Assembly (NCBI GenBank): GCA_964344385.1
Contig: CAYFNG010000002.1
Span: 193,476-257,475 of the forward strand
From: an uncultured Sneathiellales bacterium
GTDB taxonomy: Bacteria > Pseudomonadota > Alphaproteobacteria > CAYFNG01
Reading direction: 5' to 3'
DNA: 64,000 nt
Below the pieces are notes generated by a model. The model saw only the letters and a program-made list of their open reading frames with translations. It ran no database searches and was not told where the DNA came from. Shown here piece after piece: positions 29,956 through 38,426 of the stretch. Within the stretch, counting starts at the first letter, position 1. Each line of letters opens with the position of its first letter. Position numbers and translations under genes: made by a program.

Positions 29956-32276
29956 TCGATCGCCCGCCAGATTTTTTCCGGTGTTGCCGGCATGTCGAGG
30001 TCGGTGACCCCTAGCGGTGCCAACGCGTCGAGTACCGCGTTGATCACGCAGGGCATGGCGCCGGTGGTGCCGGCCTCGCCGCAGCCCTTGACGCCGAGCG
30101 GATTAGTGGTCGCCGGCACCGCGTGGAAGTCGAGCTTGAGGTCGGGGATATGGTCGGCCCGGGGCATGCCGTAATCCATGAACGAGCCGGTCAACACCTG
30201 GCCGTCCGCGTCGAGGACCATTTCCTCCAACAGGGCCTGGCCGATGCCCTGGACAACACCGCCATGGACCTGGCCCTCGACCAGCATGGGATTGATCAGA
30301 TTGCCGAAATCGTCGACCACGGTATAGCGGTCGATTTCGACGGCGCCGGTGTCCGGGTCGATTTCCACCTCGCAGACATGGCAGCCATTGGGGAAGGCCG
30401 AAGGCGGCGTATCGGTGGCCAGTTCGGTGTCCAGACTGTCGGGCAGATCCGGAGTACCGGGCGCCTCGGCCTTGACCTGGGAGGCCAGGTCGCGCAGTTC
30501 GATGCGCCGGTCGGTGCCGGCCACCTGGAAGGCGCCGGCGTGGAATTCGATATCCTCGACCGCAGCCTCCAGGATCTGCCCGGCCCACAGCCGGCCTTTC
30601 TCGATCACTGCGTCGGCGGCCTGGACGAAGGCGTTGCCGCTGGCGATGGTGGACTTCGAGCCCCCGGTCCCGCCGCCCAGCATCAACTCGTCGCTGTCGT
30701 CTTGGACCAGCTCGATCATATCGAACGGCAGGCCCAGGCGGTCGACCATCAACTGGGCGAAGGTGGTGGCGTGGCCCTGGCCCTGGTCGTGAGAGCCGGT
30801 CAGGATGGTGACCTTGCCGTCCGCCCCGAACCGGATGCCGCCCAGCTCCTTGCCCGGCGGGCCGGTGACTTCCAGATAGGTTGTCACGGCCCGGCCCCTG
30901 AGCCGGCCCCTTGCTTGCGACGCGGACTTGCGCGATGCACAACCCTGCCAGTCGGCGGCGTCCAGCGCCTTGTCCAGAAGGGTCGCGAAATCGCCGCTGT
31001 CATAGGTCAGGCCGGATGCGGCGGTAAACGGCATCGCCGATGCCGGGATCAGATTGCGGCGTCGGAGCTCGGCCGGGTCGCGGCTGGTTTCCCGGGCCGC
31101 CCGGTCAATCAGCCGTTCCATGACATAGACGCCTTCCGGCCGTCCCGCCCCGCGGTAGGGCGCAATGGAAACGGTGTTGGTATAGGCCGAGCGGCTGGTG
31201 ATCGCCATCAGTGGCGTCAGGTATGGGCCGGGGGCGTTCTTTTGGATATTGACCCCCGGCATCAGGGGACCAAAGGGCGAAGGATAGGCACCGAGATTGC
31301 CCAGCATGTCGATCTTCAGGGCGAGAAACCGGCCCTCGGCATCCAGCGCCAGCGCGGCGCGGGCCTGCATGTCGCGGCCCTGGGTGTCGGAAATGAAACT
31401 GCCGGTGCGCTCATCGGTCCATTTGACCGGCCGTTTCAGGTCGCGGGCGGCATGCAGAACCAGGACGTTTTCCGGGTATTGCTGGGATTTCATGCCGAAT
31501 GAGCCGCCAACATCGCCGGACAGTACGCGGATTCGCTCCTTGTCCACGTTCAGCACCGTGGCCAGCACGGCGCGCATGCCGATCACGCCCTGGCTGCCCA
31601 GATGCAAGGTGAAGCGGTCGGTCGCCGGGTCGAAATCGGCCAGCACGCTGCGCGGTTCGGTGGGGACGGCGGCGACCCGACTGATCGTCAGCGCGATCTC
31701 GGTGACATGGGCGGCATCGGCGAATGCCGCCTCGACCGCCGCCCCATCGCCATAGCGCCAGTCAATGCACTGATTGCCGACCGTGTCATGGATTTGGGGT
31801 GCCGCGGGTTCAAGGGCGGCTACCGGATCGGTCAACGCCGGCAGCGGTTCGATATCCCAGTCGATCAGTTCGGCCGCATCCTTGGCGGCATTGATCGTCT
31901 CGGCGACGATGAAGGCCAGGGGCTCGCCGACATAACGGACCTTTCCGCCAGCCAGGGGATAGCGTGCCGGAATCGCCGGCGGCGTCCCGTCGTGGTTCTT
32001 GATCGGGCTGGGGAAGGGAAAGGAGGCACAGCCCGCGGCTTCCATGTCGGCGGCGGTGTAGATCGCCAACACCCCCGGCGTGGTCAGGGCGGCGGACAGG
32101 TCCAGGCGGTGGACCCGGCCATGGGCGATCGGCGAGCGGAATACCAGCCCATAGGCTTGGTCGGGCAGGTTGATGTCGTCGACGAAGCGACCCTCGCCGC
32201 GCAACAGGCGCGGATCCTCCTTGCGCGACACCGGTTGGCCGACCGCGAATTTTGCCTCTGTGTGCTGTGGGTTCAT
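29913..32276 (-). CDS. Xanthine dehydrogenase family protein, molybdopterin-binding large subunit (CoxL/aldehyde oxidase-like)
   Basis: 787 aa. N-terminal a/b-hammerhead region (VGQPVSRKEDPRLLRGEGRFVDD). MoCo-binding segments (GGSFG, APYRGAGRPE, GGGTGGSKS) and a C-terminal GEAGT motif. No small (2Fe-2S) or medium (FAD) subunit genes adjacent. Confidence 0.85.
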   Translation of the reverse strand: MNPQHTEAKFAVGQPVSRKEDPRLLRGEGRFVDDINLPDQAYGLVFRSPIAHGRVHRLDLSAALTTPGVLAIYTAADMEAAGCASFPFPSPIKNHDGTPPAIPARYPLAGGKVRYVGEPLAFIVAETINAAKDAAELIDWDIEPLPALTDPVAALEPAAPQIHDTVGNQCIDWRYGDGAAVEAAFADAAHVTEIALTISRVAAVPTEPRSVLADFDPATDRFTLHLGSQGVIGMRAVLATVLNVDKERIRVLSGDVGGSFGMKSQQYPENVLVLHAARDLKRPVKWTDERTGSFISDTQGRDMQARAALALDAEGRFLALKIDMLGNLGAYPSPFGPLMPGVNIQKNAPGPYLTPLMAITSRSAYTNTVSIAPYRGAGRPEGVYVMERLIDRAARETSRDPAELRRRNLIPASAMPFTAASGLTYDSGDFATLLDKALDAADWQGCASRKSASQARGRLRGRAVTTYLEVTGPPGKELGGIRFGADGKVTILTGSHDQGQGHATTFAQLMVDRLGLPFDMIELVQDDSDELMLGGGTGGSKSTIASGNAFVQAADAVIEKGRLWAGQILEAAVEDIEFHAGAFQVAGTDRRIELRDLASQVKAEAPGTPDLPDSLDTELATDTPPSAFPNGCHVCEVEIDPDTGAVEIDRYTVVDDFGNLINPMLVEGQVHGGVVQGIGQALLEEMVLDADGQVLTGSFMDYGMPRADHIPDLKLDFHAVPATTNPLGVKGCGEAGTTGAMPCVINAVLDALAPLGVTDLDMPATPEKIWRAIDQAKSTKASTASRS

Positions 32277-32311
32277 GGCATTGCCCTCGCCTCTGCCTGG
32301 TCCGGTTCCGC

Positions 32312-34555
32312 CTAGCGGAACACGTAGATCGGGCTCGACCAGATCATATGGCCGTCTTCCTGGGTGATGCAGACATAGAGCGCATTGTCGCGGTCATCAA
32401 CCAGCGTCAGGCGCCGTTCGATCGTCATCGCCCGGTGCGGATTTGCATCCGGCAGGCGGAAGACGCGGATGCGCCGCCCCAGGCCGCCGGCGTCGAACAC
32501 CAAATCGTCATAACCGATCTCGGCGATCGGGATTTCGGCCTGCACCAGGGCGGTGTCGATGCGCAGGCTGCCGGCCTGTCCATCATCCAGCCAGGCATCG
32601 AAGCCGCCAATGCCGCCGGTGGTCAAGGTCACCCAGTCGACCCGGTCGGCGCCGGTCTGCTCGTAGCGCTTGTCGACATTGTAGCGGTTGATCGCCGCCA
32701 GCCTGGTGAAGCGGTTGCCGGACAGTTCGGCATGGCCGTCCCAAATGGTTTCGCGGCCGCGGCCGCGATATTCCGAGCCCTCCCAGATCACCCGGATGCG
32801 TGTGCCCAGCTCGTCCCGCCCATAGGGCCGGATGGTTTCGATGGTGTCCAGACCGTTGCGGATCTCGACCCGCTCGACCGGAGCCGATCCCACCAGATCG
32901 ACCCGAAATGCTATGTCCCCGTCGCCGCTTTGCAGGATATCGCCCATCATGGCCGTGCGGGTTTCCGAACCGGTTGTCGGACCCAGCGCCGGGTCCTCGA
33001 CGAAGCGGGTCGCCGGCGTGTCGAATTCGGCGGCTACGTTCAGCACCATGCGACACCCTGTGGTGGCGTAGTGGTGGCGCTGGCGCAGGGCCGCGGCCAG
33101 GCCGGCGCGGCTCAATTCGGTGGCCAGCATGCAGGTCAGCCCGCCATAGGATCCGAACTTGGTGGCCCCGGGATGGCTGGCACCGGGTCGCCCCTTGTGG
33201 CCGTCGGAATTGGCCAGGATGCCGACCCGGTAGCCCTGCTCGAAGGCATCGTGAACGATCCACTCGAAGGTGCCCCAGGCGGAGTGGACCTCGACGCCGC
33301 GTTCGATGCGGCCGTCATGGGCCAGCTTGATGTCGGCATAGCGGCCCCCGACATGGGCGAACACGACGACGTCTTCGCCGTCCAATTTCTCGAACAATTC
33401 CGCCGCGGTGTGGGCGTCGGTGTCGGCATCGCTCAGGTCGTCGACCAGGGCGTGGGAGGAACGCCGGATGGGGCGGCCCTCCTGCAGGTACAGCACGTTG
33501 CGGTCGCCGCCCAGCGCCGTGTTGCCCGACCATTCATAGCCGGGAAAGGCGACGAAACGGCCGGGCTCGTCGAACTCGGCGGTCAACCGGTTGAGCTCGT
33601 CCCAGAACCCCTTGGTGATCTGGAAGTCGTTACCCTGGTGGCAGGTGGCGTCGAGAAATGCCTTGTCGCGGGCGAAGCTGAAATAGTCGCGGGCCGAATT
33701 GGTGCCGATGGTTTCTTCCGACTGGCCGTGCAGATCGCCCCAATAGGGCAGCAGTTCGGCCGCGGCGACGATGCGCAGCGGGTTGCTGGCCGCGGCGACG
33801 GTGCCGTCCTCGGCCACCAGTTCGATCACCAGGTCACCGGGCTCGGTGACGGTCAGCCCCGCGACCTCGACGGTGAAATCCCCATCGGCGAAAGTGGCTT
33901 CCGCAGGCAGGCCGGCGACGGGCAGGTTGGCGCGCAAGGCAAAGCGCCCCTGGGCCCGGTTCGACGGGTTGCCCCATTTGTCTTCGCCTTTAAGGCACAG
34001 CCGGAAGGGCTGGCCGGCGCGGCGCAGGGTCGGCAGCACCGCCTTGTAGCGGCGCGCCGGCCCCGGCACGATGGCGATCTCAGGCTGCTGGGGCAGTTCG
34101 GTATAGGTGTAGGTGGCGATGGCGTCGACCAGCACCCGGAATTCGAAGGTTTCCTCGCAGAAGGTCTGCAGCCGGATGCCGGGCGAGCCCTGGCGGCGGT
34201 CGCCGAAGCGGATGGTGATGGTGTCACCTTGGCTGAGGTAACCCCGCACCACCTTGACGTAGAGGGTCTTGTCCCAGGGCCGGATGTTGCGCTTGATGTC
34301 GTATTCGATCTGCAGCACGGCGCCGTTGCTGGCCTCGACAGTGGTGTAATTCGGCGCGCCGGGATCGTCGAACTGCGGCCGGCCCATGTCGGAGGCGAAC
34401 CGGTGCACGATCTTGATCGAGCCGGTGTCGTCGATGCCGAACTTGCCGGCCGTGTAGGTGACGGTGAATTCCTGGTAGCTGCCGGCCTCGAAAGCACCGG
34501 TCGGCGACACGGTCGCGCTGCCCATGTCTTCTGGCAGATAGGAGGAGTGCCCCAT
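32312..34555 (-). CDS. DUF3604-family protein (uncharacterised; possible metal-dependent hydrolase)
   Basis: 747 aa, no signal peptide. YWGDLHGQS motif recalled as characteristic of DUF3604. Only 22 bp downstream of the GntR regulator on the same strand. Confidence 0.5.
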   Translation of the reverse strand: MGHSSYLPEDMGSATVSPTGAFEAGSYQEFTVTYTAGKFGIDDTGSIKIVHRFASDMGRPQFDDPGAPNYTTVEASNGAVLQIEYDIKRNIRPWDKTLYVKVVRGYLSQGDTITIRFGDRRQGSPGIRLQTFCEETFEFRVLVDAIATYTYTELPQQPEIAIVPGPARRYKAVLPTLRRAGQPFRLCLKGEDKWGNPSNRAQGRFALRANLPVAGLPAEATFADGDFTVEVAGLTVTEPGDLVIELVAEDGTVAAASNPLRIVAAAELLPYWGDLHGQSEETIGTNSARDYFSFARDKAFLDATCHQGNDFQITKGFWDELNRLTAEFDEPGRFVAFPGYEWSGNTALGGDRNVLYLQEGRPIRRSSHALVDDLSDADTDAHTAAELFEKLDGEDVVVFAHVGGRYADIKLAHDGRIERGVEVHSAWGTFEWIVHDAFEQGYRVGILANSDGHKGRPGASHPGATKFGSYGGLTCMLATELSRAGLAAALRQRHHYATTGCRMVLNVAAEFDTPATRFVEDPALGPTTGSETRTAMMGDILQSGDGDIAFRVDLVGSAPVERVEIRNGLDTIETIRPYGRDELGTRIRVIWEGSEYRGRGRETIWDGHAELSGNRFTRLAAINRYNVDKRYEQTGADRVDWVTLTTGGIGGFDAWLDDGQAGSLRIDTALVQAEIPIAEIGYDDLVFDAGGLGRRIRVFRLPDANPHRAMTIERRLTLVDDRDNALYVCITQEDGHMIWSSPIYVFR

Positions 34556-34576
34556 GCGTTGCCTTTCTCCTTTTCG

Positions 34577-35425
34577 TCAGCCGACCCGCGGCCGGATTTC
34601 CAGCCGGCGGCTGTTCGGCGGGATATGGACGGCCTGGTAGTAGAGCGGTGTGTCGCGATAGCCGGAACCGTAGACGTGGCAGACCATGCCGACCGAAGCC
34701 GGCGCCAGGCCAAGGGCGGTACAGATCCCGTCCGCCAAGGTCTCCGCCCCGATTTCCTCGACAATACGCACGGTTGGTGCATCGAAGCGTTCGCTGAGCA
34801 CCAGGCGGAAATTGACATTGTCCAACTCGCGCGGCTGCCAATTGGCGATCTCGCCGAACCGCGACCCGGACAGGAAGATGCGGGCCAGAACCGGGAATTC
34901 GCGGTTGACGTCGATCTGCCGGTCGATGCGGACAAAGAATGGCTCCTCGCCCAGGAAATCGGCCCAAGGGCCCGGGTCGGTGACGCGCCGTATCGCCGCG
35001 ACCCGCGTATAAACCGGCAGCAGGGCGTGGGTGTCATTGTCGACAAAACGAAAATGCAAAAGGCCGTGCAGTTGCGACGGCGGCCTGGCAACGAACGTAC
35101 CGGCGCCGTGACGCCGAACCACCCGACCTTCCTTGGCGAGATGGGCCAGGGCCTTCTGCACGGTACCCAGGCTGGCCGGCAGTTTGGCCGCCATCTCCGA
35201 TTCGCCCGGTAGTCTGTCACCGGTTTGCAACTGACCGGATTCGATGGCGCGCAGAATGCCTTCCGACAGGCGGAGATATTTCGGGGGGCGCGCGCCCAGC
35301 CGGCGTTCGCCGTCGCGCAGAAAGTCGGCTAGCTGTGCAAGCTGCACGCAGAAACCTCCCCAAATTCCCGGATCTTTTGGCCGGTTGATACCGCTCACCG
35401 CAGCGCTGGTGGCGGGTTCATCCAC
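34577..35425 (-). CDS. GntR-family transcriptional regulator with C-terminal UTRA effector domain
   Basis: N-terminal wHTH (LRLSEGILRAIESGQLQTGDRLPGESEMAAKLPASLGTVQKALAHLAKEGRVVRRHGAGTFV). The exact start is uncertain. Confidence 0.7.
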   Translation of the reverse strand: MDEPATSAAVSGINRPKDPGIWGGFCVQLAQLADFLRDGERRLGARPPKYLRLSEGILRAIESGQLQTGDRLPGESEMAAKLPASLGTVQKALAHLAKEGRVVRRHGAGTFVARPPSQLHGLLHFRFVDNDTHALLPVYTRVAAIRRVTDPGPWADFLGEEPFFVRIDRQIDVNREFPVLARIFLSGSRFGEIANWQPRELDNVNFRLVLSERFDAPTVRIVEEIGAETLADGICTALGLAPASVGMVCHVYGSGYRDTPLYYQAVHIPPNSRRLEIRPRVG

Positions 35426-35591
35426 GCGAGCTTAAGTGCGGTCCCGATCGAGATCAACTGCTATATAGCTCTTTGTCCCTTTCCTCGGTCGCCATGCCGC
35501 TTGGCTGCGCTTAGGATGCGGTCGGAAAGGGGTGGCGGGTACGCATGGCGGTTCGGGAACGATTGGCCATGCGACGACGTTGTAGTGGACA

Positions 35592-36350
35592 TTGAGCATG
35601 TTCGGATTGGAAATCCAGATTCTGGCCATCGTGTGCCTGGCGGTCGCAACCGGCGGCATCGTCAAGGGCGTGACGGGGATAGGCCTGCCGATCGTGTCGA
35701 TCGCCATCCTGCTCAACTTCCTCGATCCGATGACCACCCTGGCCACGATCATCGGTCCGCTGCTGGTGACCAACCTTTGGCAGGCCGTGTCGTCGGGCGA
35801 CCTCAGGCCCGCCTTGCGCCGCTTCTGGCCGATGACGTTGTGTTTCTTCATTTTTCTGCTGATCGGTGCCCAATTGGTGGTCGGGTTGGACGAAAAGGTG
35901 ATGTTCGCGGTGTTGGGGGCGGTGGTCGCCAGCTTTGCCCTGATGAACCTGTTGCGGCCGCGCCCCCATGCTCTGGGCCTCAGGGCCGAGAAATGGCTCA
36001 GCCCCCTGGCCGGGGCGGCCGGTGGGCTGTTGGGCGGGCTGACCACCATCTGGGGCCCACCGATGATGATGCTGTTCGTGCTGTTGAAGCTGGACAAGGA
36101 CGAATGGGTGCGCACGGTCGGCCTGATCTGGTTCATCGGCTCGGTGCCGCTGGCCTTCGCCTATTGGCAGAACGGTATCCTGAGCGGCGAGCGGATCCCG
36201 CTCACCCTGGTCGCCTGTGTGCCCGGCATGCTGGGCATCCTGGCCGGCGAATGGGTGCGTCGCCGCATCGACCAGGAAAGCTTCCGCAAGGTGCTGCTGA
36301 TCGCCCTGGCCCTGATCGGCCTCAACCTGATCCGCCGGGCGGTGTTCTAG
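35592..36350 (+). CDS. Sulfite exporter TauE/SafE family membrane protein
   Basis: 252 aa, 7-8 TM segments, duplicated GxGxGxxxVP-like motifs (TGGIVKGVTGIGLPIVS; AAGGLLGGLTTIWGPP). Confidence 0.8.
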   Translation: MSMFGLEIQILAIVCLAVATGGIVKGVTGIGLPIVSIAILLNFLDPMTTLATIIGPLLVTNLWQAVSSGDLRPALRRFWPMTLCFFIFLLIGAQLVVGLDEKVMFAVLGAVVASFALMNLLRPRPHALGLRAEKWLSPLAGAAGGLLGGLTTIWGPPMMMLFVLLKLDKDEWVRTVGLIWFIGSVPLAFAYWQNGILSGERIPLTLVACVPGMLGILAGEWVRRRIDQESFRKVLLIALALIGLNLIRRAVF

Positions 36351-36468
36351 ATTCTTTTTCCGGGACGTTGTTCACTCCTAACGAATTTGTGAGCCAACCG
36401 TGCCTGGTTTGCGACAATTTCAGGCGATATATGGCCTGCAACCGAATACACCGCCTGGAGATTGACCG

Positions 36469-36951
36469 ATGTCCACGACCCTGACCTTTGGCCGCCGCCA
36501 CCTGCTCATCCTACCGTTATTGCTGGTGGCGCTGTTTTTGGCCGCCGGCGCCGTTCAGGCCGGCGAAGTCAACGCGTCGCGCTGGACCGGCGTCGCCATC
36601 GACGGCACCGACCCGGTGGCCTATTTCACCGAGAGCCGCGCGGTCGAAGGCGCCAAGCAGTTCTCCACCGAATGGAACGGCGCCACCTGGCGGTTCGCCA
36701 GCGCCGCCAACTTGGCCGCCTTCACCGCCGATCCGGAAAAGTTCGCGCCGCAATACGGCGGCTACTGCGCCTGGGCGGTGTCCCAGGGCTATACCGCCGA
36801 CATCGATCCGCAGGCCTGGAAGATCGTCGACGGCAAGCTTTACCTGAATTATTCCAAGGACGTGCAGCGCAACTGGGAAGGCGACGTGGCGGGCCACATC
36901 AAGATGGCCGACGCCAACTGGCCCGGCATTCGCGGCAAGCTCGCGAAATAA
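36469..36951 (+). CDS. YHS-domain secreted protein
   Basis: 160 aa with signal peptide (LLILPLLLVALFLAAGAVQA). Motifs GTDPVAYF and GKLYLNYSKDVQRNW are typical of the YHS-domain periplasmic family. Confidence 0.6.
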   Translation: MSTTLTFGRRHLLILPLLLVALFLAAGAVQAGEVNASRWTGVAIDGTDPVAYFTESRAVEGAKQFSTEWNGATWRFASAANLAAFTADPEKFAPQYGGYCAWAVSQGYTADIDPQAWKIVDGKLYLNYSKDVQRNWEGDVAGHIKMADANWPGIRGKLAK

Positions 36952-36983
36952 CCGGGCGCTCCATTCTTCTTTGACAGGGCGCG

Positions 36984-37025
36984 GCGGACGCGGGTAAGAG
37001 TGACCCGCGTCCGCCTTTGTTTTTC
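36984..37025 (+). terminator. Rho-independent terminator after the YHS-domain gene
   Basis: GGCGGACGCGGGT-aagagtg-ACCCGCGTCCGCC, a 13-bp perfect stem, followed by TTTGTTTTTCC. Confidence 0.7.
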
Positions 37026-37039
37026 CGGAACTTATCCTG

Positions 37040-38269
37040 ATGACCGCGCCCTTGACCGCCACCGATCTGATTGACAGCGGCCACGCCTGGGTCCGTTTGG
37101 GCGTGGCGCTGGCGCTCAGCACCATCGGCGGCATCGGCCTGTGGTCGGTGATCGTCGCCCTGCCCACCATTCAGGCCGAATTCGGCACCGATCGGGGCGA
37201 TGCCTCGCTGGCCTATACCGCGACGATGCTGGGGTTCGCTTTTGGCGGCGTGCTGATGGGGCGGCTGTCGGACCGGTTCGGGATCATGGTGCCGGTGATC
37301 ATCGGCGCCCTGATGCTGGGGGCCGGCTACCTGCTGGCCGCCCGGGCCACCGAATTCTGGCACTTCATGGCGGCCCAGGCGGTGGCCATCGGGCTGCTGG
37401 GCTGCTCGGCCACGTTTGGGCCCCTGGTTGCCGAAGTCTCCCTGTGGTTCAAGAAGCGTCGCGGCATCGCCGTCGCCGTGGTTGCCAGCGGCAACTACCT
37501 GTCCGGCACCTTGTGGCCGCCGATCCTGCAATACGGCATCGAGACCATCGGCTGGCGTGACACCCACACCCTGGTCGGCGTGCTGTGCGTCGTGACCATG
37601 CTGCCGCTGGCCGCGGCCCTGCGGCGCCGGGCACCGATTGAGGACACCGAGCCGGTGCGCCCGGTCGGGGCTTCCAATGGCGCCGCGACGCGCCCGGCCC
37701 TGCCGCTGCTGCAGGTGCTGCTGGTGATCGCCGGCATCGGGTGCTGCATCGCCATGTCGATGCCCCAGGTCCATATCGTTGCCTATTGCGGCGATCTCGG
37801 CTACGGCCCGGCGCGGGGCGCGGAAATGCTGTCGATCATGCTGGGCCTGGGTGTGGTCAGCCGCCTGGCCTCGGGCATGATCGCCGATCGGATCGGCGGC
37901 CTGGCGACGCTGATCCTGGGGTCGACCCTGCAATGCCTGGCGCTGTTCCTCTACCTGCCGTTCGACGGCTTGGTGTCTCTCTATGTGGTCTCCGCGATTT
38001 TTGGCCTGGCCCAGGGCGGTATCGTGCCCAGCTATGCGCTGATTGTCCGCGACTTCTTCCCGGCTCGCCAGGCCGGCGGGCGGATCAGCCTGGTGATGAT
38101 GGCCACGGTTGTCGGCATGGCGGCGGGTGGCTGGATGTCCGGCAAGATCTTCGACCTGACCGGCTCCTACCAAGTCGCCTTTATCAACGGCATCGCCTGG
38201 AACCTGTTGAACATGTCGATCGCATTCTGGCTGCTGATCGGCCGCCGCCGTTTCATGGCTGTTGCCTGA
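37040..38269 (+). CDS. MFS transporter
   Basis: 409 aa, 12 TM segments, MFS signature-like loop GRLSDRFG between TM2 and TM3. Confidence 0.8.
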   Translation: MTAPLTATDLIDSGHAWVRLGVALALSTIGGIGLWSVIVALPTIQAEFGTDRGDASLAYTATMLGFAFGGVLMGRLSDRFGIMVPVIIGALMLGAGYLLAARATEFWHFMAAQAVAIGLLGCSATFGPLVAEVSLWFKKRRGIAVAVVASGNYLSGTLWPPILQYGIETIGWRDTHTLVGVLCVVTMLPLAAALRRRAPIEDTEPVRPVGASNGAATRPALPLLQVLLVIAGIGCCIAMSMPQVHIVAYCGDLGYGPARGAEMLSIMLGLGVVSRLASGMIADRIGGLATLILGSTLQCLALFLYLPFDGLVSLYVVSAIFGLAQGGIVPSYALIVRDFFPARQAGGRISLVMMATVVGMAAGGWMSGKIFDLTGSYQVAFINGIAWNLLNMSIAFWLLIGRRRFMAVA

Positions 38270-38308
38270 GTGTTTGTGCCGAAATGTGCCTAAAGCACAT
38301 TTCGGGAG

Positions 38309-38405
38309 TCTGTTCCGTCCCGCTCCCCCGCCCAACCACCCATAGGGTACCCTCGCATTGGGTAGTTGGGCGGGGGGTGGTTGGGCGGGGGAGCGGGACG
38401 GAACA
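38309..38405. repeat. 97-bp hairpin element: perfect 32-bp inverted repeat with a 33-nt loop that carries a near-copy of one arm
   Basis: CTGTTCCGTCCCGCTCCCCCGCCCAACCACCC ... GGGTGGTTGGGCGGGGGAGCGGGACGGAACAG. Preceded at 38286-38308 by a second perfect 11-bp hairpin CCGAAATGTGC-ctaaa-GCACATTTCGG. Lies in the convergent gap between the MFS gene and the rdhA-like gene. Confidence 0.7.
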
Positions 38406-38426
38406 GTGGCGTCAATATACAGACCC

